A stretch of 64,000 nt of DNA from Dehalococcoidia bacterium. GTDB taxonomy: Bacteria; Chloroflexota; Dehalococcoidia; UBA6926. This document shows, piece by piece, positions 59,458-64,000 of the stretch (positions within the stretch are counted from its first letter, which is position 1; the number at the start of each line of letters is the position of its first letter). A program made the position numbers and the translations under genes. The notes under the pieces are model-generated. The model saw only the letters and a program-made list of their open reading frames with translations, had not been told where the DNA came from and did not search any database. The stretch spans positions 448,001 through 512,000 of the forward strand of contig CAXXET010000006.1 of NCBI GenBank assembly GCA_963666115.2, in the 5' to 3' direction.

Positions 59458-59991
59458 ATGCGGTGCGAGCTCTGCGGGAGCGACGATACAAAGGTCCTGG
59501 ACACCCGCCACGACGAACAGGGCGTGCGGCGGAGGCGCGAATGCAAGCAATGCGGGGCGCGGTTCAGCACGGTGGAGCGGTTGCTCACCACCTCGCTGTC
59601 CGTCGTGAAGCGAGATGGGCGCACAGAGGAGTTCAACCGGAACAAGCTCACGGCGGCGATCCGTATCGCCTGCGCCAAGCGGCCCATCCCCACAGGCGCA
59701 ATTGAGAAGCTGGTCGATGAAATCGAGGATGACCTTCAGAAGCGGGGGCGAGCAGAAGTGAGCGCGAACTTGGTCGGCGAGTTGGCGATGGATCGGCTGA
59801 GCAAGACTGATCGCGTTGCCTATATCCGGTTCGCGTCCGTGTATAAGGACTTCACGGATGAGGATGACTTCCAACGAGCCGTTGAGAGCCTGCGCGACGG
59901 CACGGTATTGACGACGAGCGGGCAGATGGCGCTGATGCCGCCGGAACGTTCCGGCGGACGGCCACGGGGGCGACCCCGTAAGAGAGCATGA
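59458..59991 (+). CDS. nrdR: Transcriptional repressor NrdR
   Basis: CxxC..RRRRECxxC..RF.T.E Zn ribbon, ATP cone VVKRDG, VAYIRFASVY. Confidence 0.97.
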   Translation: MRCELCGSDDTKVLDTRHDEQGVRRRRECKQCGARFSTVERLLTTSLSVVKRDGRTEEFNRNKLTAAIRIACAKRPIPTGAIEKLVDEIEDDLQKRGRAEVSANLVGELAMDRLSKTDRVAYIRFASVYKDFTDEDDFQRAVESLRDGTVLTTSGQMALMPPERSGGRPRGRPRKRA

Positions 59992-60087
59992 ACGGGCGGT
60001 GAACACGAATGACCACGCCGCCCTCGTGGGCGCTCGCTGAGCGATTGAACTGAAACAGGGACAGCAACGGAAACCAGGGATTTATCA

Positions 60088-62769
60088 ATGACTTCTTCAG
60101 CCGATGGATTCGACGGAGCGGTTGTCGCCGCCAATCGAAACGCGTTGCGGGATGCGGTGTCCGCCCAGCTTGGGGACGAGAGCGCGGAGCACGTCGAGGC
60201 CGTCACGGATCTGATCGTCCAAATGGCGGATGCGCCGCCACTTGGCCCGGACGGCGCGCTCCACCGGCTGAACGGGGCGGAAAACGGCGACGCGACAGCC
60301 GCCATCGCCAGGATTATCGAGGCAGCGCAGCGCAATTCAACGAACGGCCATCACGTGAACGGCGTAAACGGGGCGGCAAAGACGGCCCCGGTTCCGTTGT
60401 GGGACGCGAGCGGAGAGGCGGAGCCTATCATGTCTCCCAACTCTCGCGCCATCCTGGAAAACCGCTATCTGGCGCGCAACGCGGACAACGAGGTGATTGA
60501 GGACCCGCGCGGGCTGTTCGAGCGCGTGTCGCGCGCCGTGTCGCAGGGCGAGCTGTCTGCGGGCGGAACCGAGGCGGAGTCCGCCGAATGGGCAGGCAGG
60601 TTCTACCGCGTCATGTCCACGCTCAAGTTCCTGCCCAACTCGCCAACGCTGGTCAATGCGGGCAAGGACGGACGCGGCTCGCTGAGCGCGTGCTTTGTGG
60701 TCTCGCCGCAGGACGATATGAGTTCAATCATGAAAGTCGCCTCGGACGCGGCGATGATTGAGAAGTGGGGCGGCGGCATCGGATTTGGATTCTCCAACCT
60801 GCGCCCCAAGGGCGACCCTATCGCGACCACGCACGGGATGGCGTGCGGGCCGGTGGCGGTGATGAAGCTGTATTCCGCCGTCGGCGCGACGCTGACGCAG
60901 GGCGCGTTCAGGCTTGGCGCGCACATGGGGCAGTTGAGCGTCCGGCATCCTGACGTGCTGGAGTTCATCCACGCCAAGGACGATGATGCCTCGCTCCAGA
61001 ACTTCAATATCTCCGTGCAGGTCACGGACGATTTCATGCAGGCCGTGGAGGCCGACGCGGATTGGGACCTGATCAGCCCCAAGGACGGGCGCGTGACGGA
61101 CACGGTCAAGGCGCGCGACCTTTGGAGCGATATCTGCAACTCCGCGTGGAAGACGGGTGACCCGGGGCTGGTGTTCATGGATCGGGTGTGGGAGACGCAG
61201 CCGAACCCGCAGCTCGGCCTCATCGAGACGTCCAACCCGTGCGGGGAAGAATTCCTGGAGAATTACGGGAACTGCTGCCTCGGCTCTATCGATCTCGCCA
61301 AGCATCTGACGGTGGACAAGGCGGGATTCGACTGGACGATGCTCGAGGACACCGTGCGGACTGCCGTCCGTTTCCTCGATGACGTTATCGAAATCAACAC
61401 GTTCCCGCTGGGAGAGCTGCGGGAAATGAACCTGAAGACGCGCCGCATCGGCCTCGGCATCATGGGCTGGGCGGACGCACTGGTGGACCTCACGGTTCCC
61501 TATGATTCGCAGCAGGCGCTTGATCTCGCGCGGAAAGTCGGCCGCTTCATCCGCGAGACGGCGTGGTCGGAATCGGAAAAGCTGGCAGCGCAGCGCGGGC
61601 CGTTCCCGGAGTATGAGAATTCCCGGCTCAAGGAGCAGGGGATGCCGCCGGTGCGTCACTCGAGCGTGACGACAATCGCGCCAACCGGCACGATCTCGCG
61701 GCTGGCCGACTGCTCATCCGGCATCGAGCCGCACTTCGCCCTCGCGTGGTGGTCGAACATCCTGTGGGAAGACCATGACGGCACGAGCACGCGGTTCCTT
61801 GATGCTCCGCTGCCCGTTCGCCGCGCCCTCATCGCCGACGTGGGAGAAGAGACTGCCGAGGAGACGCTGGCGCAGCTTGCCAACGATCCGGCGTGGCGCG
61901 ATGACGTTGTAACCGACCTGATCAGCAATCACGGCGTGCGGACGGCGATGGCCATTGATCCCGACTGGCACGTGCAGATGCAGGCGGCGTGGCAGGAGAA
62001 CACGACGAACTCCGTGTCCAAGACCATCAACCTGGCGAATGACGCCACGGTTGCGGACATTGGCAAGGCGTTTTGGGATGCGTGGACGACGCAGTGCAAG
62101 GCAATCACGGTCTACCGCGACGGCTCCAAGAGCATGCAGGTGCTGGAAACAGGCGCGTCTGGCGGTGAAGAGGACGCGGAGTTGGACGAGATTCACCGCG
62201 TGCCGCGCCAGCGTCCGCAAACCCTCAGCAGCATTACCGACCGCATCCGCACCGGCCACGGAAACCTGTACGTGACCATCACCTTCGATGAATACCATCG
62301 GCCTTTCGAGGTGTTCACCAACTTGGGCAAGGCCGGTTCCAGCGACGCGGCGTACTTGGAAGCGGTGAGCCGCCTGGCGTCGCTCGCGCTGCGCTCAGGC
62401 GTGGGCGTGGAGCAGGTGATCGATCAACTGCGCGGCATTACGGACGCGCCCACGTGGGACGAGGGCCAGCAGGTTCTCAGCGCGCCGGACGCCGTGGCGT
62501 TGGCGCTGCTGCGGCACGCGCGCCCCGTCGATGAGGAGCGCGACGAGATGGCGCGGCGGGCGCGTGAGACGTTCGGCGAGAAGTTCAACCTTGACGAGCT
62601 GGGAGAGATTCACCCGGACGCGGTGATGCAGAGCCAACTGTTCGCGGGGGCCCAGGCGGCAGCCCCGCGCGCCGTGGCACAGCCGCAATGCCCCGACTGC
62701 TACGACGGGAAACTGATCTTCACTGAGGGCTGCATGATGTGCCTTTCGTGTGGCTACTCCAAGTGCTAG
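60088..62769 (+). CDS. nrdJ: Class II (adenosylcobalamin-dependent) ribonucleotide reductase
   Basis: FLPNSPTL.NAG, SACF, NPCGE, TIAPTGTIS, SKTIN, TVYRDGS (no Tyr-Tyr), C-terminal TSCPD-like domain and CxxC..CxxC..C tail; no nrdB nearby. Confidence 0.92.
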   Translation: MTSSADGFDGAVVAANRNALRDAVSAQLGDESAEHVEAVTDLIVQMADAPPLGPDGALHRLNGAENGDATAAIARIIEAAQRNSTNGHHVNGVNGAAKTAPVPLWDASGEAEPIMSPNSRAILENRYLARNADNEVIEDPRGLFERVSRAVSQGELSAGGTEAESAEWAGRFYRVMSTLKFLPNSPTLVNAGKDGRGSLSACFVVSPQDDMSSIMKVASDAAMIEKWGGGIGFGFSNLRPKGDPIATTHGMACGPVAVMKLYSAVGATLTQGAFRLGAHMGQLSVRHPDVLEFIHAKDDDASLQNFNISVQVTDDFMQAVEADADWDLISPKDGRVTDTVKARDLWSDICNSAWKTGDPGLVFMDRVWETQPNPQLGLIETSNPCGEEFLENYGNCCLGSIDLAKHLTVDKAGFDWTMLEDTVRTAVRFLDDVIEINTFPLGELREMNLKTRRIGLGIMGWADALVDLTVPYDSQQALDLARKVGRFIRETAWSESEKLAAQRGPFPEYENSRLKEQGMPPVRHSSVTTIAPTGTISRLADCSSGIEPHFALAWWSNILWEDHDGTSTRFLDAPLPVRRALIADVGEETAEETLAQLANDPAWRDDVVTDLISNHGVRTAMAIDPDWHVQMQAAWQENTTNSVSKTINLANDATVADIGKAFWDAWTTQCKAITVYRDGSKSMQVLETGASGGEEDAELDEIHRVPRQRPQTLSSITDRIRTGHGNLYVTITFDEYHRPFEVFTNLGKAGSSDAAYLEAVSRLASLALRSGVGVEQVIDQLRGITDAPTWDEGQQVLSAPDAVALALLRHARPVDEERDEMARRARETFGEKFNLDELGEIHPDAVMQSQLFAGAQAAAPRAVAQPQCPDCYDGKLIFTEGCMMCLSCGYSKC

Positions 62770-62841
62770 GAGCAGGAAACGACACGAGGAGATCACCTTA
62801 ACACGCAATCAAGACAACCCTCTCATCCTCCTTTATCCCTG

Positions 62842-62881
62842 GTCATCGGGCCGGCCCCCACCCCGGCCCGATGGCTTTTTT
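62842..62881 (+). terminator. Intrinsic terminator after nrdJ
   Basis: GTCATCGGGCCGG-loop-CCGGCCCGATGGC followed by TTTTTT. Confidence 0.85.
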
Positions 62882-62935
62882 GCGGCTGCGCGGGCCGCTA
62901 GTCCCCACCGGGCCCGCCGAAAGAGTGTACCACTA

Positions 62936-63880
62936 TCAGGATTCGGCCTTGATCGCCTTCAGTACGCCGATGAGCCACAGGCGAAAGTCGCGCTGTTTCA
63001 CGTCAAAGAGGCGGCTGTAGATGTTCATGGGCGGGTGCCCGGACTCGCTGCGCCCCCCAATCTCCTCACGCGCCAGTTGGTGCGCCGCCGGCCAGTTCTG
63101 CTCCCGCTCCGCCTCCTGTCGCCGCGCCACAATCTCATCCACCGGCAGGTAGCGGATATTCGGGTTGACCCCCAGGTACTCCTCAAACAGCGCCCAGTAC
63201 TCGGCCCGCGTCAGGTTGCCCGGCCCGCCAAGCTCGAACACGGCGTTGTACGCCCGCCGCTCCAGGTGCGCGTGAATCAGGTAATCGGCAAGCTCATCCA
63301 GGAAGATGAAAACCATCGACTGGTCGGGCGTGCCGTAAATCGTCATCGCCCCGCCCGTCTGCACCTGGTACGCCTGCCGGCGGACGATGTCCCCCGACGT
63401 ATCGATCATCCCGCCGGGACGAAACACGGTTCCGGCCACGCGCGCGTCGATCAGCCGTTGATCCGACCGCGCCTTCGCGGGATACACCGGGTAGAAATCC
63501 CAGCGCGTGTCGGCATTGCGGACGGAGATGAGGGACATGTGCTTGACGTCATTCTCGCTGGCAGCCTCAATTAGATTGACCGTCCCCTGGTACTCCACCG
63601 CCTCTATCAGCCGGAGGCCGCGCGCAGCCGATTGCGCCCCAACGCACGCGATCACCCAATCAACGCCCCGCGTCGCCGCAAGAAGCGACTCCTTGTCCTC
63701 GTAATCACCCTCCACGTACTGCGCCCCATCGACGGGTTGCTCGGGGATGGTGGAGTGGATCATCGCCCGCACGTTCGCGCCTGCGTCCCGGAGCTTCTGC
63801 ACGACGATGCTGCCCGTCCGTCCGGTCGCCCCCGTGACGAGGTACGTCCCCTGCGCGATGTCCTGCTGCGTGAAAGGCAT
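62936..63880 (-). CDS. NAD(P)-binding atypical SDR / NmrA-like oxidoreductase
   Basis: LVTGATGRTG, Y..K, FRPG, ELGGP. Confidence 0.85.
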   Translation of the reverse strand: MPFTQQDIAQGTYLVTGATGRTGSIVVQKLRDAGANVRAMIHSTIPEQPVDGAQYVEGDYEDKESLLAATRGVDWVIACVGAQSAARGLRLIEAVEYQGTVNLIEAASENDVKHMSLISVRNADTRWDFYPVYPAKARSDQRLIDARVAGTVFRPGGMIDTSGDIVRRQAYQVQTGGAMTIYGTPDQSMVFIFLDELADYLIHAHLERRAYNAVFELGGPGNLTRAEYWALFEEYLGVNPNIRYLPVDEIVARRQEAEREQNWPAAHQLAREEIGGRSESGHPPMNIYSRLFDVKQRDFRLWLIGVLKAIKAES

Positions 63881-63931
63881 TGTTCCTCCCGTGTGAATAG
63901 TGTGTGAATGACCGTCGCCGCCGCCCCGGAC

Positions 63932-64000
63932 TCAGTTGTCGCCGAGCATGTCTTCGACGAGGCGGACAAGGGTGCGGACAGGCTGGCCCGTCGCCCCGCG
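63932..64000 (-). CDS. 3' end of a CDS running off the window
   Basis: Open frame RGATGQPVRTLVRLVEDMLGDN* from the window edge. Confidence 0.45.
   Translation of the reverse strand, partial: RGATGQPVRTLVRLVEDMLGDN

Noticed and set aside
59992-60087. Cobalamin riboswitch before nrdJ
   Set aside because: The region is too short and lacks B12-box motifs; only a generic hairpin is present.

Overview
GC-rich bacterial chromosome segment made up mostly of housekeeping genes. Gene content and protein style suggest Chloroflexota (Dehalococcoidia/SAR202-like); this is an inference. In order, the window holds: rpsA (5' truncated)-clpC-larE-larC; tRNA-Thr x2-tuf-rpmG-secE-nusG-rplKAJL; radC; membrane and lipid genes; an RpoD-like sigma factor; aspS-tig-clpP-clpX; purN; aroQ-pepQ-efp; tRNA-Ser x2-dprA-topA-xerC; rnhB, mnmA, rsfS, ndk, two MFS transporters and tsaEB; a five-gene GTP-derived metabolite cluster (RibA-Rib7 fusion, MDR dehydrogenase, PTPS-like protein, GT4 glycosyltransferase, SAM methyltransferase); a sulfate-assimilation/siroheme operon (cysH-cysC-sat-sir-hemD-cysG(N)-cobA/hemD-hemC); ssrA-smpB; and nrdR-nrdJ. 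I saw no prophage, IS element or CRISPR array. The two strongest leads are (1) an unannotated Cys/Met-codon leader peptide with a complete classical attenuator layout (promoter, protector, antiterminator, terminator) in front of the sulfate-assimilation operon, and (2) the RibA-Rib7/dehydrogenase/PTPS/GT/MT operon, which could be a FolE-independent route to an unknown methylated pterin glycoside. Also notable are many apparently leaderless genes, REP-like palindromes bracketing tmRNA, an AT-hook tail on NrdR, a His-poor LarC and a probable CTG start for rnhB. All calls come from reading motifs by eye; no database searches were run.
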